Source: an uncultured Acidobacteriota bacterium (GTDB taxonomy: Bacteria; Acidobacteriota; UBA6911). Taken from it: 64,000 nt of DNA. The position numbers were made by a program, and so were the translations under genes. A model generated the notes under the pieces. That model worked only from the letters and a program-made list of their open reading frames with translations, made no database searches and had not been told where the DNA came from. Of the stretch, positions 46,758-55,504 are shown in pieces. Each line of letters opens with the position of its first letter. Within the stretch, counting starts at the first letter, position 1. The stretch covers positions 96,001 through 160,000 of the forward strand of contig CAWJKZ010000024.1 in assembly GCA_963843575.1 (NCBI GenBank), given 5' to 3'.

Positions 46758-48868
46758 GCCCCCGTAGCCCGAATCCGTTCATCAATCGCGAAGCCAGCTG
46801 GCTCGAGTTCAACAGCCGGGTCCTGGAAGAGGCGCGGGACCCGAAGAACCCGTTGCTCGAGCGGCTCCGGTTCTACTGCATCTTCTATTCCAACCTCGAC
46901 GAGTTTTTCATGGTGCGGGTGGCGTCCGTCTTGCGGCGCATCGGCGAAGGCGATGCCAAGCCGGACCCGTCCGGGCTGACCCCACTCCAGGAGCTCGAGC
47001 TGATCAACGCCAAGGTCCGCGCGCTCGAGGCCGCGGCCGAGGCGCTGTACGAGCAGGAGCTCCTGCCTGCCCTGGCGAAGGAGAGGATAACGGTTCTCGA
47101 TGCGGCCCAGCTCGGTCCGGCGCACCAGCAGTATCTCGATTCGGCTTTCGAGCGCGAGATCTACCCCGTCCTCACCCCTGTCGCCGTCGATCCCGAACAG
47201 CCGTTCCCGCGCCTCGTCGCGCTGGCGCTGCACCTGGCGGTCCTGCTGGAGCCCGGTGAGGGGACGGGCGCGCAGGAGCGGCGGCTCGCCCTGCTGCAGA
47301 TTCCCGGACGCATGCCGGGGTTGCTGCGGCTGCCCGAGAGCGGCGGGATCGAGCTGTGCTGGCTCGCCGACGTGGTGCGCAAGCGCGTGTCGGCGCTGTT
47401 TTCGGGGTACCGGGTCGTGGAGGTCGCTGCCTTCCGACTGACACGCGATTCGGAACTCGAACTCGACGACGAGGGGTACCGCGACTACGTCCGGATGCTC
47501 GAACTTGAGCTGAAAAAGCGGGCCAAGGCCCGGCCGATCCGGCTCGAGTGCGAGAGGAGCATGAGCGCCGAGCTGCTCGACCGCATCGAGAGCGGGCTCG
47601 GAGTCAGCCCGTCCGGGCTCTTTTCCGTGCAGCGCCCGCTGGAGCCGCGCGCCCTGATGGCGCTGGTCGACCTGGCCGGCTACGACAAGCTGAGGTATGC
47701 GCCGCAGCCCCCGCTGATGCCGGCCGTCTTCGAACAGCAGCGCAGCATATTCGAGATCATCGCAGAGCGCGACGTGCTCCTAAACCAGCCGTACGATTCG
47801 TTCGACCCCGTCGTGGAGTTCGTCGAGGCCGCCGCCCAGGACCCCGACGTGCTGGCCATCAAGCAGACCCTCTACCGGACGAGCGGCAAGGCGTCCCCCC
47901 TGATGAAGGCGCTGGTGAGCGCGGCCGAAAACGGCAAGCAGGTCACCGTGCTGCTCGAACTGACCGCGCGGTTCGACGAGGACCGGAACATCGACTGGGC
48001 GCGCGACCTGGAGGACGCCGGGGCGCACGTGCTCTACGGCACCGCGGGCCTGAAGGTGCACGCGAAAATCGCGCTGGTGGTGCGCCGCGAGGCCAGCGGG
48101 ATCCGCCGCTATCTGCACCTGGGCACCGGCAACTACAACGAACGCACCGCCCGCCTGTACACGGATTTCGGGCTGCTCACCGCGGCCGAGGACTTCGGTC
48201 GGGACGCCTCGGGCGTCTTCAACACCATCACCGGTTACTCCGAGCCGCCCGCCTTCAGCCGCCTGATCATGGCCCCCGTCGGCATGCGCGAGCGCATCCT
48301 CGCGCTCATCGGGCGCGAGGCCGACCGCGCCCGCTCCGGCGAGCCGTCGGGCATCGTGGCCAAGATGAACTCGCTCGTCGATCCCCAGATCATCCGCGCG
48401 CTGTGCGAGGCGGGCAGCGCGGGGGTGGAGGTCAATCTGAATGTCCGCGGCATCTGCTGCCTCAGACCGGGGGTGCCCAACCTGAGCGAGAACATCCGGG
48501 TCGTGTCGATCGTCGACCGCTACCTCGAGCACAGCCGGGCGTTCGTCTTCCGCAACGGCGGGAACCCCGAGGTCTACCTGTCGAGCGCCGACTGGATGCC
48601 CCGCAACCTCGACCGGCGCATCGAGCTGATGTTCCCGGTCCTCGAGGAAACCGCGCGGCAGCGGGTCATCGACGTGCTCGAGGCGTCGTTCGCCGACAAC
48701 CGCAAGGCGCGGCTACTGCGCCCCGACGGCAGCTACGAACGGGTCGCCCCGGGCCGCTCCGACGCGGTGCGGCTGCAGGAGTACCTGTACCGCCGGACCG
48801 CCCAGGAGCGGGAGCGGGTGCGCTCGGTCACCCCCGTCCGGTTCACCCCGATCGAGGCGAAGGAGTGA
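46754..48868 (+). CDS. ppk1: Polyphosphate kinase 1
   Basis: NREASWLEFNSRVL, NLDEFFMVRVA, IKQTLYRT, ARFDE, KVHAK, LEHSR, SADWMPRNL. Confidence 0.95.
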   Translation: MSPRSPNPFINREASWLEFNSRVLEEARDPKNPLLERLRFYCIFYSNLDEFFMVRVASVLRRIGEGDAKPDPSGLTPLQELELINAKVRALEAAAEALYEQELLPALAKERITVLDAAQLGPAHQQYLDSAFEREIYPVLTPVAVDPEQPFPRLVALALHLAVLLEPGEGTGAQERRLALLQIPGRMPGLLRLPESGGIELCWLADVVRKRVSALFSGYRVVEVAAFRLTRDSELELDDEGYRDYVRMLELELKKRAKARPIRLECERSMSAELLDRIESGLGVSPSGLFSVQRPLEPRALMALVDLAGYDKLRYAPQPPLMPAVFEQQRSIFEIIAERDVLLNQPYDSFDPVVEFVEAAAQDPDVLAIKQTLYRTSGKASPLMKALVSAAENGKQVTVLLELTARFDEDRNIDWARDLEDAGAHVLYGTAGLKVHAKIALVVRREASGIRRYLHLGTGNYNERTARLYTDFGLLTAAEDFGRDASGVFNTITGYSEPPAFSRLIMAPVGMRERILALIGREADRARSGEPSGIVAKMNSLVDPQIIRALCEAGSAGVEVNLNVRGICCLRPGVPNLSENIRVVSIVDRYLEHSRAFVFRNGGNPEVYLSSADWMPRNLDRRIELMFPVLEETARQRVIDVLEASFADNRKARLLRPDGSYERVAPGRSDAVRLQEYLYRRTAQERERVRSVTPVRFTPIEAKE

Positions 48869-49634
48869 TCGGCTGGCCGGGCTCGTGCTCCGCCAGGTAA
48901 GCCGTCAGGAAGACGCGCAGGCTGACCCGCGCACGGGCCGAGTGGTCGCGCCAGCCCCGGTAGCGGTCCACCCACTGCCCCGCCGCCAGGACCGCCGCCA
49001 CACGCGCCGCGGCCCCCTGCCCGGGCGCGTAGGCAAGAGGGGCCAGGAGTTCATCTGCCGCCTCGTCGCTGACGGCCCGCACGCAGGAGACCGGGATGCC
49101 GCGCAGGGCGGCCGCCCGCGCGAGCGCCGCCGTTTCCATGTCCACCACCGCCGCCCCGTGGGCTGTCCGCAGCAACTGCTTCTGGGCGGGCGCGCCGATG
49201 ATGTGGCGGGAAGTCAGGATGTCCCCCACCACCGCAGTCAATCCCGACGAACCGGCGACGGCGACCAGGGACTCGGACCCCGCAAGTGCCCAACGCCCCT
49301 CCAACGGCAGCCGCCCCAGCGGGAGCGGGCTGCCCCCTTCCCCCAGCAACAAGGCGCTCCTCCCTACGACCAAGTCCCCCAGCCGCAGCGCCGGGTCCAG
49401 CGCGCCGCCGTACCCGACGATCAATACCTCCGACGGCGTGTGCAGGTCCAGGAAGGCGCGAAACTGCCGGTCTGTGCGGACCGGCCCCACCCCGGTCTTG
49501 AGAAAATGAAACCTCTCGGCCCCGCGGCACCCCTCCCAGGCCGTGGCTCCCGCGACAGGAAGCCGCACGACTCGCCGGCAGAGTTGCAGCGCGATGCCGA
49601 GTTCCTGCTGCAGCGCAGCCGCTATCAGGCGCAT
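48843..49634 (-). CDS. Nucleoside phosphorylase family protein (HpnG-like)
   Basis: TGVG, GYGGAL...GDLV, VDMETAA, RAVSD; hopanoid genes nearby. Confidence 0.7.
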   Translation of the reverse strand: MRLIAAALQQELGIALQLCRRVVRLPVAGATAWEGCRGAERFHFLKTGVGPVRTDRQFRAFLDLHTPSEVLIVGYGGALDPALRLGDLVVGRSALLLGEGGSPLPLGRLPLEGRWALAGSESLVAVAGSSGLTAVVGDILTSRHIIGAPAQKQLLRTAHGAAVVDMETAALARAAALRGIPVSCVRAVSDEAADELLAPLAYAPGQGAAARVAAVLAAGQWVDRYRGWRDHSARARVSLRVFLTAYLAEHEPGQPITPSPRSG

Positions 49635-49879
49635 GCGCGAGAGCATAGCAGAAGGCTGGCCGCTCCCGCACCCGCGCGCGTGAAAATCGTGCAGGCTTCC
49701 CGGGACGCGGATCTTCATGGGCCCGCGCGGATGTGCGGGTGGGACGGCTGGTTGCCCGGTTCCATGTTCTCGTCCAGGAAACGTCCGAGGTATTCACCAA
49801 CCGGATACCGGCCGATGCACCTTCGCTTCCGCGTCGCCGCTTGCGGGGGGCGTACCCATCGGCTAAAGTAAAGCCCATA

Positions 49880-51106
49880 ATGAAGAAGATTCTTATAGTT
49901 ATGCTCTCGTTGGCCGCCATCGGAGTAGTCGGGGGCGCGGTCTACTGGTCCGCCTCGTCGTCGACCTTGACGGTGCGTCTGACCGAGGTGCGAGCCTCCA
50001 GCCTGCAGGCGAGCATCGACACCAACGGGAAGATCGAGGCGGAGCGGGAGTTCGAGGTGCGGGCGCCGCTCGCCGGGATCTGCGGCAGGATCCTGGTCAA
50101 AGAGGGAGACAGGCTCAACGCCGGACAGCCCGTCCTGGCCATAGACAGTGCGGCTCTCCGGTCGGAAGCCGCCGGCGCGCAGGCGGAGTTGGAGGCCGCG
50201 GAAGCGGACCTCCGCAACATCCGGCGGGGCGCAGCTCCCGAGGAAGTGAACCAGGCGGAGTCGGAGGTGGCCCGCTACCGGCTGGAACTCGACGGCGCGC
50301 GCAAGGTCCTGGAAACCAACGAGTGGCTCCTCAAACGGGAGGCCGTCGCGCGGGCCGAAGTGGATCAGAGCCGCCGCGAGGTCGCTCGTGTGCAGCAGTT
50401 GCTGGATGCGGCGACGACCCGGCGCGACGACATCGGGAACCGTTTCGGCGAGGCCGACCGCAAGCGCGCCGCAGCGCGCGTCGAGGCGGCGCGCTCCAGG
50501 ATATCGTATCTGCAGTCGAGCATCGCCAGGTCGACGGTCCGATCCCCCGCGGAGGGCACGCTGTACCAGTTTTCGGTAAAGGACGGGGCCTTCGTGAACA
50601 CGGGGGACCTGCTGGGGCTGGTGGCCGACCTCTCCAAGCTGAGGGTGCGCGCGTACGTCGACGAACCCGAACTCGGCCGCATCACGCCCGATTCCGAGGT
50701 CGTCATCCAGTGGGACGGCCGCCCGCGCGAGAGCTGGCGCGCCTCCATATTGCGGATCCCCTCGCAGGTGGTCCCGCGCGGGACGCGATCGGTCGGCGAG
50801 GTGCTCTGCGCGCTGCGGGACCCGTCAGGGGTCCTGCTGCCCAACCTGAATGTCGACGTCGAGATCCGCGTCCCGGACGGGGCGCTCGTCCCGGCGCTGC
50901 CCAGGGAATCCGTGCTGTCGGACGGGAAGGGGCACTACGCCTGGGTCGTGCGCGACGGCCGCGCCGCACGCATCGGTCTCGAAACCGGCAAGAGCACCTC
51001 GCGGCTGATAGAAATCGTCCGCGGCCTGAAGGTCGGCGACCCCGTCGTCGTCCCGGGGGACGAAGCCATAAAAGAAGGCTCCAAGCTCCGGGTCGCCCAG
51101 GAATGA
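49880..51106 (+). CDS. Efflux membrane fusion protein (HlyD/MacA family)
   Basis: N-terminal TM, VKEGDRL..GQP lipoyl half-motifs, long coiled coil, GLKVGD. Confidence 0.85.
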   Translation: MKKILIVMLSLAAIGVVGGAVYWSASSSTLTVRLTEVRASSLQASIDTNGKIEAEREFEVRAPLAGICGRILVKEGDRLNAGQPVLAIDSAALRSEAAGAQAELEAAEADLRNIRRGAAPEEVNQAESEVARYRLELDGARKVLETNEWLLKREAVARAEVDQSRREVARVQQLLDAATTRRDDIGNRFGEADRKRAAARVEAARSRISYLQSSIARSTVRSPAEGTLYQFSVKDGAFVNTGDLLGLVADLSKLRVRAYVDEPELGRITPDSEVVIQWDGRPRESWRASILRIPSQVVPRGTRSVGEVLCALRDPSGVLLPNLNVDVEIRVPDGALVPALPRESVLSDGKGHYAWVVRDGRAARIGLETGKSTSRLIEIVRGLKVGDPVVVPGDEAIKEGSKLRVAQE

Positions 51107-52056
51107 CCATGAGCCCAATGCCTGCCGCCCTCCTGCTGCTTCTCCCACTGCTGCAGCCCTTCGACCTTGCGCCGGCCATCCGGCTCTACCAGACGGGCGA
51201 GTACCAGAAGGCCGTGGACCTCCTGCAGGCGGCCCCCGGCGGGCCGGGCGGCGACGCCAATCTCTGGCTTGGGAAGTCGTACCTGCGCCTGCGGCGGTGG
51301 GACGACGCAATCAAGGCGTTCGGCCTCGCCGCAAAACTCACGCCCGACAGCGGGACTCCCCACCTCTGGCTCGGACGAGCCTACGGAGAGAAGGCCTCCC
51401 GCGCATCCTTCCTCACCGCTTTCGGATGGGCCCGCAAGGCGGTCGCCGAATTCGAGAGCGCCGTCAAGCTCTCGCCCGCCGACCTGGATGCCCGCTTCGA
51501 CCTTCTCGAGTTCTACCTGCAGGCGCCAGGCATCGTCGGGGGAGGGAAGGACAAGGCGCAGGCCCAGGCGCAGGCCATAGCCGCGCTGAGCCCGCGGCTG
51601 GGTTACACGGCGCGCGCCAGGATCTGCCAGGAGGACAAGAAGTGGGACCTCGGCCGGGCGGAACTGGTCAAAGCCACCGCCGAGTTTCCGGGCGACGCCG
51701 GGGCGTTCGTCGATTTGGCCGAGTTCCTGATTGGCCGACGCGACTTCGCCGCCGCAGAAACGAACGCTGCCCGGGCCGTCGAGCTCGACGGCGACAACGC
51801 GAACGCGCTCCTGGCGCTCGCGGCCTGCCGCGTCGAGCTGCGCCAAAACCTCCCCGCGGCCGAAGCCACCCTCAGGCGCCTTAGCGCAGGGCCGGTGAAC
51901 GAAAGCGGACCGGCTTTCGAAGACATCTACTTCCGGCTCGGCCAGGCGCTGCTGGCCCAGTCCAAGCGGGCCGAAGCGCGCCAGGCCTTCGAGAGCGCAC
52001 TCCGGTTCAACCCGGACCACTCCGGGGCGAAGGCCGCCCTGGCATCCGTCCGCTAG
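51103..52056 (+). CDS. Exported TPR protein
   Basis: Signal peptide; TPR helices; APGIVGGGKDKA motif; ATGA overlap. Confidence 0.75.
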   Translation: MTMSPMPAALLLLLPLLQPFDLAPAIRLYQTGEYQKAVDLLQAAPGGPGGDANLWLGKSYLRLRRWDDAIKAFGLAAKLTPDSGTPHLWLGRAYGEKASRASFLTAFGWARKAVAEFESAVKLSPADLDARFDLLEFYLQAPGIVGGGKDKAQAQAQAIAALSPRLGYTARARICQEDKKWDLGRAELVKATAEFPGDAGAFVDLAEFLIGRRDFAAAETNAARAVELDGDNANALLALAACRVELRQNLPAAEATLRRLSAGPVNESGPAFEDIYFRLGQALLAQSKRAEARQAFESALRFNPDHSGAKAALASVR

Positions 52057-52101
52057 AGCGGCGGCCGAAGCCCGCGGCCACCAGCGGACACGTTGCTCAA
52101 T

Positions 52102-53298
52102 ATGAATGTCCTCGAATCCGTCACCTTCATCTACCAGAGCCTGATGGCGAACAAGATGCGCGCCGGGTTGACCATGCTCGGGATGGTCATCGGGACCGCC
52201 TCGATCATCCTGGTCGTCACGATCGCCCTCACCGGGCGGGAGTACATCCTGCAGCAGATCGAAGGGGTGGGCTCCAACCTTATCTACCTGTATTACGAGG
52301 CCGGCGGGACGGTGTCGGGCAGCAAGACCCTCTCCGACGACCTCACCGTCGGGGACATGACGGCGATATCGGAACTGGTCGGCGTGTCCTACGCCACCGC
52401 GATCGTGGTCAACAACGACCACCTGGTCATCGACGGCAAGGAGCGGCAGATCTCGGTGATCGGCACGACCCCCGACTACCTGCCGGTGCGGAACCTGAGG
52501 ATCCTCTCGGGCCGGTTTTTCGACAGGTCGGACGACCGCTCCTTCGGGAAGGTCTGCGTTCTCACCGAGGAACTCGCCCGGCGGCTCTTCGGCAGCCTCG
52601 ACGTGGCGGGAAAGCACATCAAGCTTTTCCAGGTCCGGTTCGAAGTCATCGGCGTTTTTCGCGAAGGGGTCGAGACGTTCGGGACGTCCGAGGTGTCGCT
52701 TTACTCCGCCGTCCTGCCGCTGTCGGTCATGCAGCAGTTCAACATGAGCGACAAGGTGGACCTGATCTACGCGTCGGCCCGCACGGCCGACCTCGTCCCG
52801 GCGACCACACGGCGCATCGGGGAACTGCTCGAGACCCGCCACCGGACCGGCGCCGCCTACCGCATCGAAAACCTTGCCGAGATACTGAGCGCGGCCGCCC
52901 GCATCGCAACGGCCATCACCCTCGTCCTGTTTCTGATCGGGACCATCTCGCTCGTCATCAGCGGGATCGGCATCATGAACATCATGCTCGTCACGGTTAC
53001 CGAGCGCACGCGCGAGATCGGCCTCAAGATGGCCGTGGGGGCGCGGCGCCGCGAGATCCTCCTGCAGTTCCTCGCCGAGGCGGTCTTCATGGCGACCGCC
53101 GGCGGCGTGCTCGGGATCCTGGTCGGCGTCTCCGGCCCGCTGGCGGCCAAGTGGCTGGCCGGGTTCGATGTGCCCGTTTCCTGGGTGTCCATCGTGATCG
53201 CGTTCATGCTGTCCTTCGTGGTCGGGGTAACCTTCGGGATGATTCCGGCCAACCGTGCCGCAAAGCTGAATCCGACGGAGGCATTGAGGTATGAGTAA
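52102..53298 (+). CDS. MacB/FtsX family ABC permease (no fused ATPase)
   Basis: RAGLTMLGMVIG, GIGIMNIMLVTVTERTREIG, PANRAAKLNPTEALRYE. Confidence 0.9.
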   Translation: MNVLESVTFIYQSLMANKMRAGLTMLGMVIGTASIILVVTIALTGREYILQQIEGVGSNLIYLYYEAGGTVSGSKTLSDDLTVGDMTAISELVGVSYATAIVVNNDHLVIDGKERQISVIGTTPDYLPVRNLRILSGRFFDRSDDRSFGKVCVLTEELARRLFGSLDVAGKHIKLFQVRFEVIGVFREGVETFGTSEVSLYSAVLPLSVMQQFNMSDKVDLIYASARTADLVPATTRRIGELLETRHRTGAAYRIENLAEILSAAARIATAITLVLFLIGTISLVISGIGIMNIMLVTVTERTREIGLKMAVGARRREILLQFLAEAVFMATAGGVLGILVGVSGPLAAKWLAGFDVPVSWVSIVIAFMLSFVVGVTFGMIPANRAAKLNPTEALRYE

Positions 53299-54604
53299 AA
53301 CCGCTGGGATTCTCGTTCTGCTGCTCGCCGCGTGCGCCGCCGCCCCCGTCAGGGGGGCGCAGGCCCCGGGACCGGGCTCCACCGTCACCTTGACACTCGA
53401 AGACACCCTGCGACGCGCGCTCGCGCGCGCCCCGGAAGCCGCCCTGGCCCGGGCACAGGCCGACAGGGCCGTCGCGGCGGTCCGCGAGACAAGGTCGGCC
53501 AACCTCCCCCAGATCCTCACCGGGACCGGGCTTGCCTACAACAACGGTTTTCCGCTAAGCATCGAAGGATCCGCGCCTTCCCTGTTTCAGGTCGGCTTCA
53601 CGCAATCGATACTCAGCCGACGCAACAAGAACCTGATTCTCGAGGCCGAGCAGAGCCGCGACGCCAGCCGCATCGCGCCCGAGGCCGCCGAAAACGACCT
53701 CGCCGCACGCTGGGCCCTGGTCTATTACGCGCTGCACCACGCGCGCAAGGCGGAGGCGCTCTGGGAGGCGCGCGTGCAGTCGGCCGTCGAGCAGCAGCGC
53801 ATCGCCGCCAGCAAGCTCGAAGCCGGGAAAATCCGCCCCGTCGACGTGACCCTGGCCGAGGCGGCCGTATTGGAGTCGGGCCAGCAAGCCTTGGTCGCCC
53901 GCGAACAGGCACGAGTGGCCGAATCGGAACTCAGGGCTGCGGTCGGCTTGCCCGACGGAACGCGCCTGCGAACCGTCGAGCCGCAATTCGACCCGACCCC
54001 GGCGTCCGGGTCGCCCGAAGAGCTGTACCGCCGCGCGCTCGAGGCCCACCCGGAGGTGCGCCAGGCCGAAGCCCGATTGCGCGCCCGCGAGCTACACGTC
54101 GAAGCCGAAAAAGGGGAATTCCGTCCGCGCCTGGAACTCGTGAGCCAGTACGCGCTGTTCAGCCGGACCAACAACTACCAGGATTTCTTCAACCGCTTCA
54201 CCCGGAATAATTTCCTGTTCGGCCTCTCGGTCCAGGTCCCCGTGTTCGACGGCTTCCGGTCCAGCGCCCGCGTCGCGCAAAGCCGCCAGGAGGCTGCCGA
54301 GTCCCGCCTGGAGCTGGAGCGGCTGCAGAATGAACTCCGCCTCGGCATAGAACGCGCCGTGAGCGCCCTGTCCATCTCCCGCGGTGCACGCCAGCTCGCC
54401 GACCGCCAGCTGTCCGCCGCAAGGCAGTTGCTCGCGGTCAACGAATCCCTGTTCGAAGGGGGCCGCATCGCCCCCGGGGAACTCGACGAGGCGCGCACCC
54501 AGGTGCGCGAAAAGGAACTCGCCGAGCTGGAGGCGAGGCGCGCCCTGTTCGAACGGGGTATCGAACTGCTGCGGGTGACGGGGAATATGAAGTCAATACT
54601 ATGA
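53291..54604 (+). CDS. TolC family outer membrane efflux protein
   Basis: Signal peptide; two OEP repeats; GLSVQVPVFDG. Confidence 0.8.
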   Translation: MSKTAGILVLLLAACAAAPVRGAQAPGPGSTVTLTLEDTLRRALARAPEAALARAQADRAVAAVRETRSANLPQILTGTGLAYNNGFPLSIEGSAPSLFQVGFTQSILSRRNKNLILEAEQSRDASRIAPEAAENDLAARWALVYYALHHARKAEALWEARVQSAVEQQRIAASKLEAGKIRPVDVTLAEAAVLESGQQALVAREQARVAESELRAAVGLPDGTRLRTVEPQFDPTPASGSPEELYRRALEAHPEVRQAEARLRARELHVEAEKGEFRPRLELVSQYALFSRTNNYQDFFNRFTRNNFLFGLSVQVPVFDGFRSSARVAQSRQEAAESRLELERLQNELRLGIERAVSALSISRGARQLADRQLSAARQLLAVNESLFEGGRIAPGELDEARTQVREKELAELEARRALFERGIELLRVTGNMKSIL

Positions 54605-54613
54605 AGGTTTTGC

Positions 54614-54645
54614 AGATTCTTTGAGCTCTTAGAGACTTGGAGGTG
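54614..54645. repeat. Family B palindrome, left arm (flanks IS110 remnant)
   Basis: AGATTCTTTGAGCTCTTAGAGACTTGGAGGTG resembles reverse complement of 22477-22507 (AGATTCTTCGAGGCGTTGAGACTTCGAGGTG). Confidence 0.7.
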
Positions 54646-54653
54646 CGGCGGGC

Positions 54654-54803
54654 CTATTCTCAAAGTGGAGACTCTGGCGGTAAACGCAACGCCAGGCCTA
54701 TGTCTTTGACAGAGACTCCGCCTTGTCCGTTCCCGACTGGCGCTTTCCCTCCAACATGGCACTGTGGCGACTTTGCAGGGATCGTTTTACGCCACGGGAC
54801 GGA
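54654..54803 (-). ncRNA. Candidate bridge/seek-type RNA in the non-coding end of the IS110 element
   Basis: Two nested stem systems by eye: 54665-54721 (GTGGAG/CTCCGC, CTGGCG/CGCCAG, TGTC/GACA) and 54726-54803 (TCCGTTCCCG/CGGGACGGA, GTGGCG/CGCCAC). Confidence 0.45.
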
Positions 54804-55375
54804 TCATGATGTCGTTACTCGCTCATCGTCGTACCCCTCTTTGAAACGCAAACAGTGTTGTGCCACCACCGCCACCTTGCGCGCCAGGTTCCGCTTCAAG
54901 CGTTCAGGCGATACGCCGGCCTCCAGCCCGTCGCGCCACATCCGGGTCAGCGCATTGTCCGCCTCCGGCCGGGACGCGATCGCGGCAGCGGCCGTCATCA
55001 GGACATTCTTGGTGTAGCGGTTGCCCTGGCGGGACGCTCCCCGATGACCTTTCCCATCCGACTCATGCTTTCGTATCCCCACCCCGCAGTACTGCCACAG
55101 CTGGCGTTTGTTCCTCAAACGCCAGCCGTCTTCAAGTTAGGCAATCAGGGTACACGCCCCGATAAATCCCACTCCGGGTACCGTTTTCAGACGGAGCTCC
55201 TGTTCCCGAAAGGGTTTGACCAGTTCCCTCAGGATATTGATGTGGGCCGCCTTCCTGCCCCGGAAAGATCCACTTCCCGTGTCCGGACCTTCTTGTACTC
55301 CACCTCCCGGCCGCGGTCGTTCAATACGCTGATGTGAGTTGTTGAGCTGTGTCCGTCCAATCCTATATGCTTCAT
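54804..55375 (-). pseudogene. IS110 transposase pseudogene
   Basis: GGAGG then MKHIGLDGHSSTTHISVLNDRG (DEDD N-terminus); deletion junction near 55265; LKTVPGVG HhH; in-frame TAA at 55137-55139; YCGVG...HESDG...GNRYTK...LARK. Confidence 0.85.
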
Positions 55376-55463
55376 CTAGGGCCTCCGGTTTCATGGTTGC
55401 CAAGGAATCCGATCCTTGCCGGTAACCATGTCAGTTTACCGCGAGGCCCGTTCTGTCATAGTT

Positions 55464-55504
55464 TCTCGAAGGCTCGAAGAATCTCGAAGGCTCGAAGAAT
55501 CTCA
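55464..55504. repeat. Family B palindrome, right arm with tandem 18-mer
   Basis: TCTCGAAGGCTCGAAGAA x2 then TCTCA; shares CTCGAAGAATCTCA with 22496-22509. Confidence 0.75.

Larger units (their letters stand above)
54654..55454 (-). mobile_element. IS110-family element, internally deleted / non-autonomous; ends approximate
   Basis: Transposase N- and C-terminal fragments, lower GC, right end ...TTTGAGAATAG on minus strand, no terminal inverted repeats seen. Confidence 0.7.

Noticed and set aside
49703-49732. Fourth copy of repeat family A (GGACGCGGAT...CGCGCGGAT)
   Set aside because: Short match only, without the inverted arm or terminal sequences.
55137-55139. Recoded stop in IS110 transposase
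   Set aside because: It is TAA in a gene that also has a large internal deletion; simple inactivation explains it.
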